Positions 19,555 through 30,937 are shown, numbered from the stretch's first letter. The stretch: DNA of 64,000 nt from a virus (IMGVR_UViG_3300037631_006232:1-64000), one strand, 5' to 3'. The notes: generated from the letters alone by a model not told the origin. A program made the numbers and translations.

Positions 19555-20930
19555 TGGCTAGTTACAATGGCGTATATTCTACTACAGAAAGCCTAACTAA
19601 AAACTCTACTTTACAAAAATCTACAGTAGAGGGCGAACGTTTAGCTATAAGCACTCCCGACGCTTTAAATACAAGCACTATATTTACACAAGGCGAGCTA
19701 GAAGCCGCTAATCTAAATGTGGCTAAGATACGGTTAGTAAGTACCATCCCTGAAAAGTCCGTAGATAGTGAAGTCGCTAACAAAGCCTATGTAGGGTTTA
19801 TATTAACTAACGTACAAGAAGCGCATAGTGAAAAGTTACAGATAATACCTCTACCCGGGGACACCTATGCTAGCTATTTCTACGGAGCTCAACCAAGACA
19901 GTTTAGTTTTAGCGGCGTGCTTCTGAACACTAAAGAAGATAAGTGGAGAGACTCTTTTGAGCAGTTATATGAAAACTACATAAGGGGTTCTACTGCTAGC
20001 CGTAATTTTAATATAGTGCAGGTTAGCTATGGTAACAGAGTAGTGTCAGGGTGGCTTAGTATGCTTTCTCAACAAGTAGAAGGCAATAGTGACTTATACA
20101 CAGCTTTTTCATTTACTATGTTAGTTAGTCGTGTGGACATCATAGGGGAAGAAAAAGACTTATATTTAAAATATATGACTAAGAGCATAGGCATCTTAGA
20201 ACAGTCCCTCATAGAACAAGACTTTGCAGTACTTAGCTCCGAGAACTATGACAATATGGTAGAACCTGTTAGAACAGGATTTACTAAAGCACCTCCTAGA
20301 CCTAAAAGAGGAGGTGGCAGATCAAACACTTCGTCCAAGTGTTCTTTTACTAAGGCGGTTACTCAAGCAGGGGACTTTACACTCACTGCAGGATCTTTAA
20401 TAAATAACGACGTATTCTCAGGATCTAATTGCTCTTATGCTAATACTTTTAGACGGGAATTAGAGAAGATTAAAGAAGTAGAGAAAGAGTTAGAGACTAT
20501 AAAAAGTAAGGGAACCCTTAACGGTAAGAAAGTAACTGCCTTACAGGCAAGTAAAAAAGTAGATGAGTATAGAGCGAGAGTAAAAAAGTATAAACAAGCA
20601 AAAACTAATCTGTCCGGAGAGCTAACAAAAGAAGTAAAAGAAGCTACGATACTAAAGTCTGCTAACGCCGATTTAAAAGCTGGTGCTATATTTAGCGTTA
20701 AAACCAAACAGGGTGTTCCTGCAGTATCGGTAAAGGTAACGGAGGTCACCTCCGAGGGGGTAGTACCAAATGAAGCTATAGAAGTAACCATAGCGACCGC
20801 TGAAGCAAACGATGATTTAATAGAAGCGGCCGGCTTAGAGGCCGCCCGTAACGACAAGGCTAAAAAAGATAAGATAGTAGCCAGAGAAGAAAAAACAAGA
20901 AAAGCAGCTACAGCGAACGCACTTAATTAA
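19554..20930 (+). CDS. Tail tube-initiator/baseplate-associated protein (tentative)
   Basis: Follows the tape measure gene; beta-rich N-terminal domain (FILTNVQE..EK..YFYG..PR.FSFSG.L). Confidence 0.5.
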   Translation: MASYNGVYSTTESLTKNSTLQKSTVEGERLAISTPDALNTSTIFTQGELEAANLNVAKIRLVSTIPEKSVDSEVANKAYVGFILTNVQEAHSEKLQIIPLPGDTYASYFYGAQPRQFSFSGVLLNTKEDKWRDSFEQLYENYIRGSTASRNFNIVQVSYGNRVVSGWLSMLSQQVEGNSDLYTAFSFTMLVSRVDIIGEEKDLYLKYMTKSIGILEQSLIEQDFAVLSSENYDNMVEPVRTGFTKAPPRPKRGGGRSNTSSKCSFTKAVTQAGDFTLTAGSLINNDVFSGSNCSYANTFRRELEKIKEVEKELETIKSKGTLNGKKVTALQASKKVDEYRARVKKYKQAKTNLSGELTKEVKEATILKSANADLKAGAIFSVKTKQGVPAVSVKVTEVTSEGVVPNEAIEVTIATAEANDDLIEAAGLEAARNDKAKKDKIVAREEKTRKAATANALN

Positions 20931-20940
20931 AAGGTAGGAT

Positions 20941-21750
20941 ATGTCTTTACTAAATAAATACCAATCTGCTGTAATAACTACAGATTCTCAGCTTGCAGAA
21001 AACGAAGTATCCGTATCTTTGAGCTCTACTAAGTATCCTGCTGTGCTACAAGTATTTCCCAATAAATACTACATAGCTATTAAACCTAATAGTGTAGAAA
21101 TACATCCCACTATGTCATGGGTACCCAGTACCGAAATACAAGTTACATTACCTAGCGGAACGCATAAGTACACTACCCAAGATGATTTTTATTTCTATGC
21201 TCCGGAACACGTTATGTATGCTAAAGGAGAATTAAATAGCAGCACTTTATGGGAATCCTTAAAAAAGGAAGGTTTGGCTACTCCTTTAGAAGAGCAGTTA
21301 TTAGCTAACTTACCAGAAAATTTAAAAGCCTTCGGACATAAGCTATCTAAATGTTTAGTAGGTAGCTTTACTTACAATAACACAGTAGAGGATGTAGAAG
21401 TAACACTGCTAAAAGGATTTAGAAGGGCTCAGCAGTTAGTTATATTACTAGGATTAGATTCGTTAGTAGAACTAATCCTAGCCACCCCTAGTGCAAACCC
21501 CTCTTGGTTTAGAAAAGCGGAGCTTCCTTTCTGCTTAGAGGACGAAGAAGTTATTGTTAGGTTTAGTAAACTAGAAGATGAGGTTGTAAAACTACATTCT
21601 GCTTTAGTTAGGTCTAAAGCTAATGTAGGGTATATAGATGCTTTAAGTACACAATTACCTCCCAGCTCTAAAATGTACCCTCTGTTAGAAGCACTAATCC
21701 TATATTTCTTAGCCCTAAGGTATCATCAAAATGGCGAATTTAGCTACTAG
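20941..21750 (+). CDS. Hypothetical tail-region protein
   Basis: 269 aa ORF within the tail operon. Confidence 0.5.
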   Translation: MSLLNKYQSAVITTDSQLAENEVSVSLSSTKYPAVLQVFPNKYYIAIKPNSVEIHPTMSWVPSTEIQVTLPSGTHKYTTQDDFYFYAPEHVMYAKGELNSSTLWESLKKEGLATPLEEQLLANLPENLKAFGHKLSKCLVGSFTYNNTVEDVEVTLLKGFRRAQQLVILLGLDSLVELILATPSANPSWFRKAELPFCLEDEEVIVRFSKLEDEVVKLHSALVRSKANVGYIDALSTQLPPSSKMYPLLEALILYFLALRYHQNGEFSY

Positions 21751-24700
21751 AATTGATTATAAAGTATACATAGCAGGAGTACTGGTACCTGCCTCAGCAG
21801 TTACTGTTAGTACCCAATTACCAGGTTTTTCTTCGGCACAAATAAGCCTGCCAGCACATCCTTTGATTTTTGGATTAGGCGAGGGAGATAGACTGCAGGT
21901 AGCGATATTCTACCTAGACACAGGAGACCCTTCTGGCGAGTTGCACTGGAACTTATTGTTTGAGGGATTTTTAATCTCTACTCAGTATTCCAGCAGTGCG
22001 ATTTCTAGAGAAGTACAAATAAGCGCTGTATCTAACTACGATATATTTAATAAGCTTTACCTAGAATTTTTAGGAGGTAAAGGTAACGGGAAGCTGGGTA
22101 AACCAGATAAAAATTTCCCAGATGAAATTACTTTAAAAGGTAATTACCCAAGAAGACTTTTCACTGAAGGCTTAAATAACAAGACCTACATAAAAAGACC
22201 TTTTGATTTTATTGGTAACATCTTTTTAGCTGCTTCTGGAAGGTTTTTAGATAGGGATGTATCTAAAAAATCTAGTAAAGGTTTAGACGTATACATTACT
22301 AAGCAACTAGATTTAGTGTCGCAAAGAAGAGATAATGCTCTTAATAGATTATCCAACGACGATGCTAAAGCTAAAGAATACCTACTGGCTGAGCTTAATA
22401 AGATTAAGAACAGCTTAGATACCGGTACTGAAAGAGTAGTTGCAGAGGAAGAGATAAAATCGGCGCTAGCTAAATTTGGGGTAATTGCTAGAGTAAATCA
22501 AACAGATAAAAAAATACTGAGAGAATTACTCTCAAGGTTTGATAAAAAGTATCTAGAGAACACTTTTAAAAAAACCGTAGGAAAAAGAAACCTAGCAACT
22601 AGGTCTGTGGTAAACACTGGGTTTTTTGCTAGATACTTTAATTTAACTAAATTAGAACAGCATTTTGTAGCAAGCCCTATAGTGGAAGGAATTCCTGGGT
22701 TAGACAAAAGCGCCCTACCCTCTGGTATAGCGCCGGTACTAAGAACCTCTAGAGGTAAAAAATATGTTAGAGCTTTAGCTCGTATGACTGGTAGGAAGTA
22801 TGGAGCTTCTGGAACCTCGGCGGCACTTATCAATAATGTGTTCCAGGTACTTAACTATGAAATCTTAGATATACTTGCCCCAGGTATTGTACAAGTTGAC
22901 GATATAGGCATACCCACAAAAGCTTTTGACCCTAAAAAAAGAAGTAACAGAATTGTTCAGCATGTAACAAAACCTACCACACCTTACGGCATCCCCCCTA
23001 GTTGTAATACACTATTCCCTTGTATGGTAACAAGTTGGTCGATATCTAAGAATTACGCCTCAGCACCTACGAGGTATTATTACGATAGGAAGAGTCAAGG
23101 TAGGCGGCTTAGTTTAAAATCAAATAAAAAAGGGTATGCGGATCATGGAACTTACGTAGGTTACCCTGCAAAAATAACTAGGCATGCGCAGAACGCCAGT
23201 AGCTCAAGAGGATCTGACTTAGAAGTGTTGGTATTTCCTGAAGAGTATTATAGAGGGCCTAATCCAGTATTTACTGAGATAAATCCTTTGTTATATGAAA
23301 TTAAAAGACTAGAGAACTCTAGACGAGTAGAAGGCGTAACCAAGATACCTAAGGATTCTATACAAAACTTAAGCGACGGGTCTATACCTGCAGACCAATT
23401 AAACTTTTTACAAGAAGCACTTCTTAAAGCCTCTGCCAAAGGTAATGACAGCTATGGCTTATTTGTAAAACAAGCTCAAGTGGATTATGTAACAGCGCGT
23501 ACGGCAGGCACACAAGTATCTATCAACACCATATTCAACCCTAATATGGTACCTGGGTTTAGCAGTTTGATGTTTGATTCCGAGGACTCCAACATTCCTA
23601 TAATCGGCTATGTTAGAAATATAACACACACTCTAAGCCAAGGAGCATCCTCTACCTCAGTAGGACTAACTAATGTAAGAACTCTAAAAGACATGTTGGT
23701 AGGTATTATGAACCAGGGGGCTAACTATATAATGCACCCTATAGAACCGTTGACTGAGAGCAGAGAGATTTTCCAAGTGCCTGAGGTAGCGAATCTATAC
23801 TATAAGTACCTATTATATTTAGGTACTTATGATAGCGACGTACCTGGTATAGTAGAGAGATCTACTCAAGATGATTTAGTATTAAAAATAAAAGAAATAG
23901 AAGTATCTATAAAACAAGTAAATCAAGAATTGGACGATAAAGAAAACGAAGAAGATTCCAATGGCTATAAGTTAGAAGAGGAGATACAAAAACTAAATAA
24001 AAAGAAAAGTGCGTTAGAGAAAGACTTAGACTCGGCCAATAGTAAGTTAGCGGACGAAGTACAGAGCCCAACGCAAGGAGAAGAGAGAAAATCTTTCGCA
24101 CTGAACTGGCCTACTTTCTTCAACTTAGTAAGTTATGTAGGTCCAGGAGAAACGAATGAAGAGCCTTTACAAGATTTTATAGGGCAGTCTAGACTATTGA
24201 CTAGGTCAAATAATGTCCAAGAAAACTACAATAAAGTACTAAAAGGATTTTTAAAGCCTAAAGAAGAATTGCGGCCTTTTATGGAGAACTTAGCAGTCGC
24301 TCTAAGGTACGTTAGGCGACCTATATGCACTTTAGAACAATACATAGATTTCTATAAAACCGCTCCAGATTTTATAAATCCAACTTCGGAGGTAACTGGA
24401 GGTAGAGGTAGAGGTACTCGGGCTAAAAAGAACTATTTAGATGGTGCTGTAGGAGTAGCTCCTTACTACTCTATAATAAGAGAATTTGTAGGAGGCCCTG
24501 GGATAGAACCCGGAGTAACTATATCAGACTTATCTAACCAACAATCCGATACTAGTGGTGTCCCTCAACTAAATTATGAGTTAACTTATAAAAGTCAAGA
24601 ACCCAACTCGAATGGTATTACTAGTAAGTTATTTACAAGTCTTAAAAAAGGAGAGACAGCTACTATACAGGACTTACCTGACTTATCTTTGGATTACCAA

Positions 24701-24751
24701 GAGGTATTATTAATGTATAGTGATATTATAAGAACTGGAGGAAAATTATAA
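21731..24751 (+). CDS. Baseplate hub/tail protein (tentative)
   Basis: N-terminal KVYIAGV.VP..V.V and C-terminal FNP..VPGF..GYV..ITH pattern typical of hub proteins; operon position. Confidence 0.55.
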   Translation: MANLATRIDYKVYIAGVLVPASAVTVSTQLPGFSSAQISLPAHPLIFGLGEGDRLQVAIFYLDTGDPSGELHWNLLFEGFLISTQYSSSAISREVQISAVSNYDIFNKLYLEFLGGKGNGKLGKPDKNFPDEITLKGNYPRRLFTEGLNNKTYIKRPFDFIGNIFLAASGRFLDRDVSKKSSKGLDVYITKQLDLVSQRRDNALNRLSNDDAKAKEYLLAELNKIKNSLDTGTERVVAEEEIKSALAKFGVIARVNQTDKKILRELLSRFDKKYLENTFKKTVGKRNLATRSVVNTGFFARYFNLTKLEQHFVASPIVEGIPGLDKSALPSGIAPVLRTSRGKKYVRALARMTGRKYGASGTSAALINNVFQVLNYEILDILAPGIVQVDDIGIPTKAFDPKKRSNRIVQHVTKPTTPYGIPPSCNTLFPCMVTSWSISKNYASAPTRYYYDRKSQGRRLSLKSNKKGYADHGTYVGYPAKITRHAQNASSSRGSDLEVLVFPEEYYRGPNPVFTEINPLLYEIKRLENSRRVEGVTKIPKDSIQNLSDGSIPADQLNFLQEALLKASAKGNDSYGLFVKQAQVDYVTARTAGTQVSINTIFNPNMVPGFSSLMFDSEDSNIPIIGYVRNITHTLSQGASSTSVGLTNVRTLKDMLVGIMNQGANYIMHPIEPLTESREIFQVPEVANLYYKYLLYLGTYDSDVPGIVERSTQDDLVLKIKEIEVSIKQVNQELDDKENEEDSNGYKLEEEIQKLNKKKSALEKDLDSANSKLADEVQSPTQGEERKSFALNWPTFFNLVSYVGPGETNEEPLQDFIGQSRLLTRSNNVQENYNKVLKGFLKPKEELRPFMENLAVALRYVRRPICTLEQYIDFYKTAPDFINPTSEVTGGRGRGTRAKKNYLDGAVGVAPYYSIIREFVGGPGIEPGVTISDLSNQQSDTSGVPQLNYELTYKSQEPNSNGITSKLFTSLKKGETATIQDLPDLSLDYQEVLLMYSDIIRTGGKL

Positions 24752-25452
24752 TGGCTAGATATGATTACAAAGAAGATATAGAGGCTTGGGATGCTTGGAA
24801 ATCCAGTGGAGATAAAAAAAAGTTAGGAGTCCTATTTAATAGAATGGAGCCTGTAATACAGAAAGAAGTTAGCAGGTGGGCCTCTGGTCCTGTAGCTAGG
24901 CCTGTAATAAATCTAGAGGCAAAAAAGCTCAGCTTAAATGCTTTTAAAACTTTCGATCCTAACAAAGCTAGATTAAACACGCACCTTACAAACAATTTAA
25001 AAGGCTTGAGTAGGATTGTGTATACCCATACCAACCCTGCTAGGATGCCTGAGCACCAAGTATTAAAAATGAATACTTTCTTAACCTCTAAAAATTCTTT
25101 AGAAGAGGAGTTAGGTAGAGATCCTACTACTCAAGAACTCAGTGAGGATTTAGCCTGGAGCCCTAGAGAAGTTGAGGTTTATCAAGGACAGATGAGAACA
25201 GGGTACAGCACTAGCCAACCCGTGCCTCCAGGATTTGAGAGATATGATGCTGATCGAGCATTCTTAGACTTTGTATACAATGATCTTGTAGACCAAGATA
25301 AATTAGTGTTCGAGTATACTACTGGGTATGGTGGAAAGAGAATTCTTAGTGCCCAAGAGTTAATACGTAAAACAGGCATGACTCAAGGACAAATAAGCCA
25401 TAGTAAGAGAAGAGTACGTAGACTAATAGAAGAAGCCAGAGGCCTTAGATGA
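24751..25452 (+). CDS. Phage RNA polymerase sigma-70 family factor
   Basis: Region 2-like AFKTFDPNKARLNTH, region 3 LEEELGRDPTTQELSEDL, C-terminal HTH. Confidence 0.8.
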   Translation: MARYDYKEDIEAWDAWKSSGDKKKLGVLFNRMEPVIQKEVSRWASGPVARPVINLEAKKLSLNAFKTFDPNKARLNTHLTNNLKGLSRIVYTHTNPARMPEHQVLKMNTFLTSKNSLEEELGRDPTTQELSEDLAWSPREVEVYQGQMRTGYSTSQPVPPGFERYDADRAFLDFVYNDLVDQDKLVFEYTTGYGGKRILSAQELIRKTGMTQGQISHSKRRVRRLIEEARGLR

Positions 25453-25865
25453 GAGTTAGTTATGACGTTGTAATAAATGAGTTGCAAAATCTCACAGAAG
25501 AGGAAGTAGTTAGCTCTGCCTTGAGTATATTAGAGCTAGACTCTATATGGGGAGGACTGTCTACAACAGGTAGTGAGAAACTATTGCCTGACCTAGGTAT
25601 ACTAGCTGACATCCTTACAACTATTACCGCTATTAGAGATATCTTGGCACCTAAGATAACTGACTCTGACAAACTTTTAGAGGAAGTGTATTTACTACAC
25701 AGCCTTTACTACAAGATCTTAAAAAAAATTAGAGGCTTAGAGAATTACATAAACTTATTTACCCCTATAAAAGAAGTAAGCTTTGAAAAAGAATTACGTA
25801 ACGTAGAGTTAGAAAAAGCAAATTCATCTAGTACACTTAAACTGCTGGCTTTACTAGGAGAATAA
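25449..25865 (+). CDS. Hypothetical protein
   Basis: ATGA overlap with the sigma gene. Confidence 0.5.
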   Translation: MRVSYDVVINELQNLTEEEVVSSALSILELDSIWGGLSTTGSEKLLPDLGILADILTTITAIRDILAPKITDSDKLLEEVYLLHSLYYKILKKIRGLENYINLFTPIKEVSFEKELRNVELEKANSSSTLKLLALLGE

Positions 25866-25867
25866 TT

Positions 25868-26332
25868 ATGTCTAGAGATATGTCTACATTCCCACTACCT
25901 ATAATACTAGACTCAGAAGAGATGGGAAAATTTGTGTACAAAGCTACATCCTTATCTTTTGCGCAAGATGAAGTAGGGGAGCTAATTTCTCATACAGACA
26001 CTTCTTTTATCGCACTAACTAATTTAACGTTAAAGATTCTATTAACCTCTAAGGGCAGCGTACCTAATAAGCCCGAAGAAGGCACTAACTTAAACAAGTT
26101 ACTAGAGTTAGGATATAGTGCGAGCACGCTACAAGAGGATATAGCGTTAATTATGCTAGACGCTGAAAACCAGATAAAAAGACTACAAGATAACATATTA
26201 TCTATAAACCCCTCTACTAGACTAGACTCCATAAAAATCATAGAGTCTTCATTAATAAATAACTCAGAGCTAAGATTAGTTTTAGTCCTAGAAAACCAAG
26301 CTAAGCAATCGGTCTTAATACAATTAGTATAG
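25868..26332 (+). CDS. Baseplate wedge subunit, gp25-like
   Basis: KILLTSKGS.P..PEEGTNL motif; size and position. Confidence 0.65.
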   Translation: MSRDMSTFPLPIILDSEEMGKFVYKATSLSFAQDEVGELISHTDTSFIALTNLTLKILLTSKGSVPNKPEEGTNLNKLLELGYSASTLQEDIALIMLDAENQIKRLQDNILSINPSTRLDSIKIIESSLINNSELRLVLVLENQAKQSVLIQLV

Positions 26333-26342
26333 GAGGTATGGC

Positions 26343-28016
26343 ATGTTTAATAACCAGTTAGTCAAAGTATCTGATGTAAATAGAGTTACTTCAGCTTTAA
26401 GAAGTGTTCTTAGAACTGAGTTCCCTGAAGTTAATATTGAAGAAGGTAGTAATGTAAATGACTTAGTACTAAGGCCAATGTCTTACTTAGCGGCGCTTAT
26501 AAAAGCGCAAGCAGACGATGTTAGAGATAGGTTGAGTTTGGAAGGTATAAAAAACAGTCAGGTAGCTGATTCTTTTTCTCTTTTACAAGATTTAGCCAGC
26601 AACTTCTTAGTTTTTCCAAAGGATGCTATACCAGCAAAAGGTATAGTAACTTTTAAGTTCTTAACCAACGCCACTAGAACTATACCTAGCAACATACTAC
26701 TTACTAGGGGTGATGGGGATTTAGTATTAAAACTTTTCGACAGCTCCTCTAATATCCAAATAGCTGCTTCTAATTACATAGAGGTAGACGAAGACGGCAC
26801 TAAATACTACTTGTTTACCGAGCTATTTGAGAGTCTAAATACTAGGGATGACTTAGAAATTATTTCTGGAAATTTTGATAGCAGCGTTACTATACCTAAC
26901 TTAGTTAGCATATATAGTACCTCTAACTTTTTAAAACAAAATCCTTCCCAATTCAAAAACGCTTCTATAGAAGAGCGGATAAAACTCTCCTTAACAGCAA
27001 GAACTTTTAGTACGGATAAGGGTATTAGGGCCCTCCTAGATGAGGAGGCTATACCTAACATAAAAGGTTCTTTAGGTATAGGAGCTGGAGATTCCGAAAT
27101 GCGTAGAGATATAATACCTAGCAGTATCTCAGCCTCAGAGTTCCATAGTTTAGGTATGGTTAATGTAGTTTTAAAATCAGTCCTAGAAGAAAAACCTTTT
27201 GATATAACTACCTCCGCTCTGCCAAACCAACCTATAGTAGTTCCTCTGGCTATTAGTAGGTCGGGCACTAATTTAAGTGTTGTTACATTTTGGGACTATA
27301 GTACTACTCAGAAAGTTAGAATAACTAGGATGTATTCCTCTATTACTGGTACAACCACCTGCACAGCCGCACTAGTAGATGTAGCAACAACACTAAGCAA
27401 TTCGGAAATTAGCTTAGCTATATCAGACGATTCTTTAACCTACAAAAACGGGGTAGCATCTTCAGGCAAATTTAACATCTCGGTTGCGTCAGGACAAGCA
27501 CTCCCTACCTCTGGATTATTTAAAGTAGATTCTAACTTAGGTGTAGTACAGGAACTAATAAATAGTAATGATTATAGTACTTTGGCTAATAATACTTTAG
27601 CCATAGCTGCAAATCCTATACAGGTAATAATACCTAAAGTCCGACTAATAACAGCTGCTGGAGTAGACGTAAGCTCAGTGCCTGTTGTGGAAGTAAAATC
27701 GATATTATCTCAAGTAATTAATAATTGGTCAGAAGATACTTCTATAGGCCTTATAGATCTACTAACCCCTTTAACTATAAGCTTCTCTGGTATAGCTACT
27801 AATATAGAGTTTACGCAAGGTATAGACTACATAGCTTACTTGCCTAATGGTAAAGAGATGTTGTACACCACAACTAATAGTCTTACTGTACAAGACACTT
27901 CGAAGCAAAAAATAGCGGATACCACTACAAGTACTTACATGCAGGAACTACAAATATCTGACAGAGTACTAAATTACTTTATCTCCTTTGATGATATACT
28001 CGTAGAGGTGATGTAA
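26343..28016 (+). CDS. Baseplate wedge protein, J/gp6-like
   Basis: GS..NDL.LRP, LASNF....A.G.V.F and G.GD.EM.RD motifs. Confidence 0.65.
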   Translation: MFNNQLVKVSDVNRVTSALRSVLRTEFPEVNIEEGSNVNDLVLRPMSYLAALIKAQADDVRDRLSLEGIKNSQVADSFSLLQDLASNFLVFPKDAIPAKGIVTFKFLTNATRTIPSNILLTRGDGDLVLKLFDSSSNIQIAASNYIEVDEDGTKYYLFTELFESLNTRDDLEIISGNFDSSVTIPNLVSIYSTSNFLKQNPSQFKNASIEERIKLSLTARTFSTDKGIRALLDEEAIPNIKGSLGIGAGDSEMRRDIIPSSISASEFHSLGMVNVVLKSVLEEKPFDITTSALPNQPIVVPLAISRSGTNLSVVTFWDYSTTQKVRITRMYSSITGTTTCTAALVDVATTLSNSEISLAISDDSLTYKNGVASSGKFNISVASGQALPTSGLFKVDSNLGVVQELINSNDYSTLANNTLAIAANPIQVIIPKVRLITAAGVDVSSVPVVEVKSILSQVINNWSEDTSIGLIDLLTPLTISFSGIATNIEFTQGIDYIAYLPNGKEMLYTTTNSLTVQDTSKQKIADTTTSTYMQELQISDRVLNYFISFDDILVEVM

Positions 28017-30301
28017 TGTTTAATTACGAAGTATTGCTCAAGACCTTACCTGATATATGGCTTAAGTCTTTCGATGATTTGAATATGCTGAAAGCCATAT
28101 ACAAAGTAGTGGGAAGTTTTATATCGGATAATTACAAAGATATAACTAAAGAATTAGCCACTCTTTCTTTAGAATTTACAGAACAAACCAACCTAAGCAC
28201 CTGGCAAGCTTTAGACCTAGTCTTAGAAGATAGGATAGAACTAACAAATTTAGATAAGAGCGAGTACCTAACTGTATACCCTATGGTACAAAACGACCCC
28301 TACTTAATAAACTGTTCGCGCATATACCCCAGCTGTACTATAGATAGTAATACCTATCTAGAAGCAAGTAGAGATTACGAAATACTATTTAGTAGGTCTA
28401 AAGAGATAGAGGCTTTGTCAGCTAGGTTTAACAAAGCATCTTTTTTTAATAGGTATGAATGCTTCTTAGTGCTAAAAAATAAAGATCCTCTTGTTGAGGC
28501 CGGTTGGCAAATAGAGCCTTCTTTAGGTTTAGTGGGAGTCAGAACAGGCTTTAAACTACGAGCTTCTGACTTATCCGCTAATGATATCGCAGCTTTAGTA
28601 CCGGGAAGCAGGTTGGATTTAGAAGTGGGCGAAACAAAACTTACCACAGAAGTTCTGGCCACCTCCCTAGAAGACGGTAGGTATACTGTAGTAATTAGTA
28701 CTTCTGATAGAAACGCAGAGTTAAACTCCGCAAGCTTAAAGGTAACTTTGTCTACAGGTAATACCTTTAACACTAAAGTTAATGAGCTAATTAATGTGGA
28801 AAGTAACGTATCAAGGGTATGGGCTTACAGTTGTGAGGTAGACAACCTAGAGTTACATAAAAGATACGGATGGTTATTGCCTAATAACGTAAGAGTATTA
28901 AGCTCTAAAAACTACAGAGACATCCTAGTAGAGTTTAAAAAAGCTAATCTATTAGGGCTTTCCAAAAATACTCTCACGAACATAATAAGCCTTCTTCTAG
29001 GAGGGGAGAAGATAATAAATGACTACTCCGTCGATAACCCTGTGTATTTAAACCTAGTTTCCGAAGTACTAAGAACTACTTTAGAAGAGTATTCTTTTTT
29101 TAAATCTGCGTATATTAGCGATAATTTAATATCTTCGACCCCTTTGTTTGTAACTAAACAAGGTTCATTTACAAAGAACAGTTGTTTTTTTATATCAGTA
29201 CCTGCCTTCAAAGATATTATACATAGCAATATAGCTAATGAAGTAATTGTGGAGCTAAGGTCAGATTCTCAGAAACTTGGTACTTTGGTACTAACTAGTG
29301 CTACGGGAAAATTTTTAGGCATAAAGGAGTCCGCCTATACTAGTAGTCTAAGTAGTTACGTTATTAGGATAGGTACCGCAAATATAGCCCTAACTAACTC
29401 TAGCCAATTTTCGTTGGAAGAATTACCTAGTGACCCTGGTTACGCAGAGAATGAACTTATAAACACTTTTGTTAGTATAGACGACTACAGTTCAGGAGCT
29501 AATTGGTGGCATACGAAAAACGTAACCATCCCTAATTCTGTGTGGAGTAGTGGGGATAGTGGTAGAAGTAGGGTAACTACAGATCAATGGGATTATACCA
29601 TTGGGAATATGAGGAAGCATAGAATAGGCGACTACGACTTAGCTATACCTACTGTCTCAGGATCTAAAACATTTGAGACCTCTTACAAACTGGTCAAAGA
29701 TTTTTTAGAGAATAAGCTAGTAAGTGTATCTTACCTACAAGCAGCCCTAAATAATTCTAATATGGGACTAAGTACCGCTTTGAAATTTGTAGAAGAGGTA
29801 AAACAATTAGGTAATTTAATAATAACTTCTAGCATAACTCCTCTATTAGAGTATGTAGAAGCACCTCTAGAAACTGTATCTGTGACAGTAACCACTACAC
29901 CTAGTTCCTTACCTGAACAGATAAACAGTGCGCAAAATACAGGTATAGGTAATTCAGACATACTTGCTTATATTACCCTACAGAATGCTTCTCACGGGAT
30001 AACTACTAGCACCAGCGGTATTACAATACATGGAGAGCCGGCTACTTGCTTAGCGGTTTCTGGACCCATATTAGTATTAAGTTTGGGTAGTACAGGAATT
30101 AATATACCTATAAACTTAACTATGCTACAAGTAGATTCTACCACGCTGATTATACAGTCAGGATTTTTCACTAATGTAATTGGAAGTACTCCTGTAGTAT
30201 CTAAAGCAATGGTGGTAGGAAATTCGTACCCAGAATATCCAAGGTACTTTCCTATAGGCGCATCTACTATTAGTCAAAACTTATTTATAGAGGTAACTTA
30301 A
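28016..30301 (+). CDS. Baseplate wedge/structural protein
   Basis: Translationally coupled to the J-like gene; 761 aa. Confidence 0.5.
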   Translation: MFNYEVLLKTLPDIWLKSFDDLNMLKAIYKVVGSFISDNYKDITKELATLSLEFTEQTNLSTWQALDLVLEDRIELTNLDKSEYLTVYPMVQNDPYLINCSRIYPSCTIDSNTYLEASRDYEILFSRSKEIEALSARFNKASFFNRYECFLVLKNKDPLVEAGWQIEPSLGLVGVRTGFKLRASDLSANDIAALVPGSRLDLEVGETKLTTEVLATSLEDGRYTVVISTSDRNAELNSASLKVTLSTGNTFNTKVNELINVESNVSRVWAYSCEVDNLELHKRYGWLLPNNVRVLSSKNYRDILVEFKKANLLGLSKNTLTNIISLLLGGEKIINDYSVDNPVYLNLVSEVLRTTLEEYSFFKSAYISDNLISSTPLFVTKQGSFTKNSCFFISVPAFKDIIHSNIANEVIVELRSDSQKLGTLVLTSATGKFLGIKESAYTSSLSSYVIRIGTANIALTNSSQFSLEELPSDPGYAENELINTFVSIDDYSSGANWWHTKNVTIPNSVWSSGDSGRSRVTTDQWDYTIGNMRKHRIGDYDLAIPTVSGSKTFETSYKLVKDFLENKLVSVSYLQAALNNSNMGLSTALKFVEEVKQLGNLIITSSITPLLEYVEAPLETVSVTVTTTPSSLPEQINSAQNTGIGNSDILAYITLQNASHGITTSTSGITIHGEPATCLAVSGPILVLSLGSTGINIPINLTMLQVDSTTLIIQSGFFTNVIGSTPVVSKAMVVGNSYPEYPRYFPIGASTISQNLFIEVT

Positions 30302-30927
30302 TGAAATCAACTATTTCACCTATTAAAGGTCATGTAAAAGTAGAGGTTATAGAACCCTCGGGTAACTGTAAAACCGTGGTAAATAAAAAGAATACTCTAG
30401 TGAAAGAGGCCCCTAAGGCTATTTTAGGCCAGTTGGTAGCACCTACCCTGCTTTCTTCCAACACTACCTTCCCTAAAACAGACGCTTCTAGACCAGACAT
30501 TTTAGCTTATGCTGCTGGACCTCAGAACAATAACTCTATAGGGTATATGAAATTCGGGTACTACACAGAAGGCGAATCAGCTACCAGCATTACTGTAGCT
30601 GCTACAGATTCTACTATGGGTTCGGCTAGCAATCATGTACTAACGGAAGTTATAGATAGTTCTACTATACAAGAGTACTCGATACAGTTTGTATGTGAAT
30701 TTGCGGTAACAGAGGCTACAGCTACTAACAATTATGTAGAAGCAGGCTTATTTACTGTGGGGGCTAATTACGATACAGGAACATCAGCGCTACTAGCGCC
30801 TAGTGCAGGCACTTTTAATAGTGCTTCCCTACGTATGCTAGCTCACCAATCTCATACAGCAGTACAAGCTAGCTCAGGTAGCACAATTAGATACACCTGG
30901 ACATTAACAATGCAAGAGCCTAGCTAA
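30301..30927 (+). CDS. Baseplate/tail-fibre attachment protein
   Basis: GHVKVEV..KNTLV...EAGLF...IRYTWTL pattern. Confidence 0.6.
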   Translation: MKSTISPIKGHVKVEVIEPSGNCKTVVNKKNTLVKEAPKAILGQLVAPTLLSSNTTFPKTDASRPDILAYAAGPQNNNSIGYMKFGYYTEGESATSITVAATDSTMGSASNHVLTEVIDSSTIQEYSIQFVCEFAVTEATATNNYVEAGLFTVGANYDTGTSALLAPSAGTFNSASLRMLAHQSHTAVQASSGSTIRYTWTLTMQEPS

Positions 30928-30937
30928 GGAGAATACT

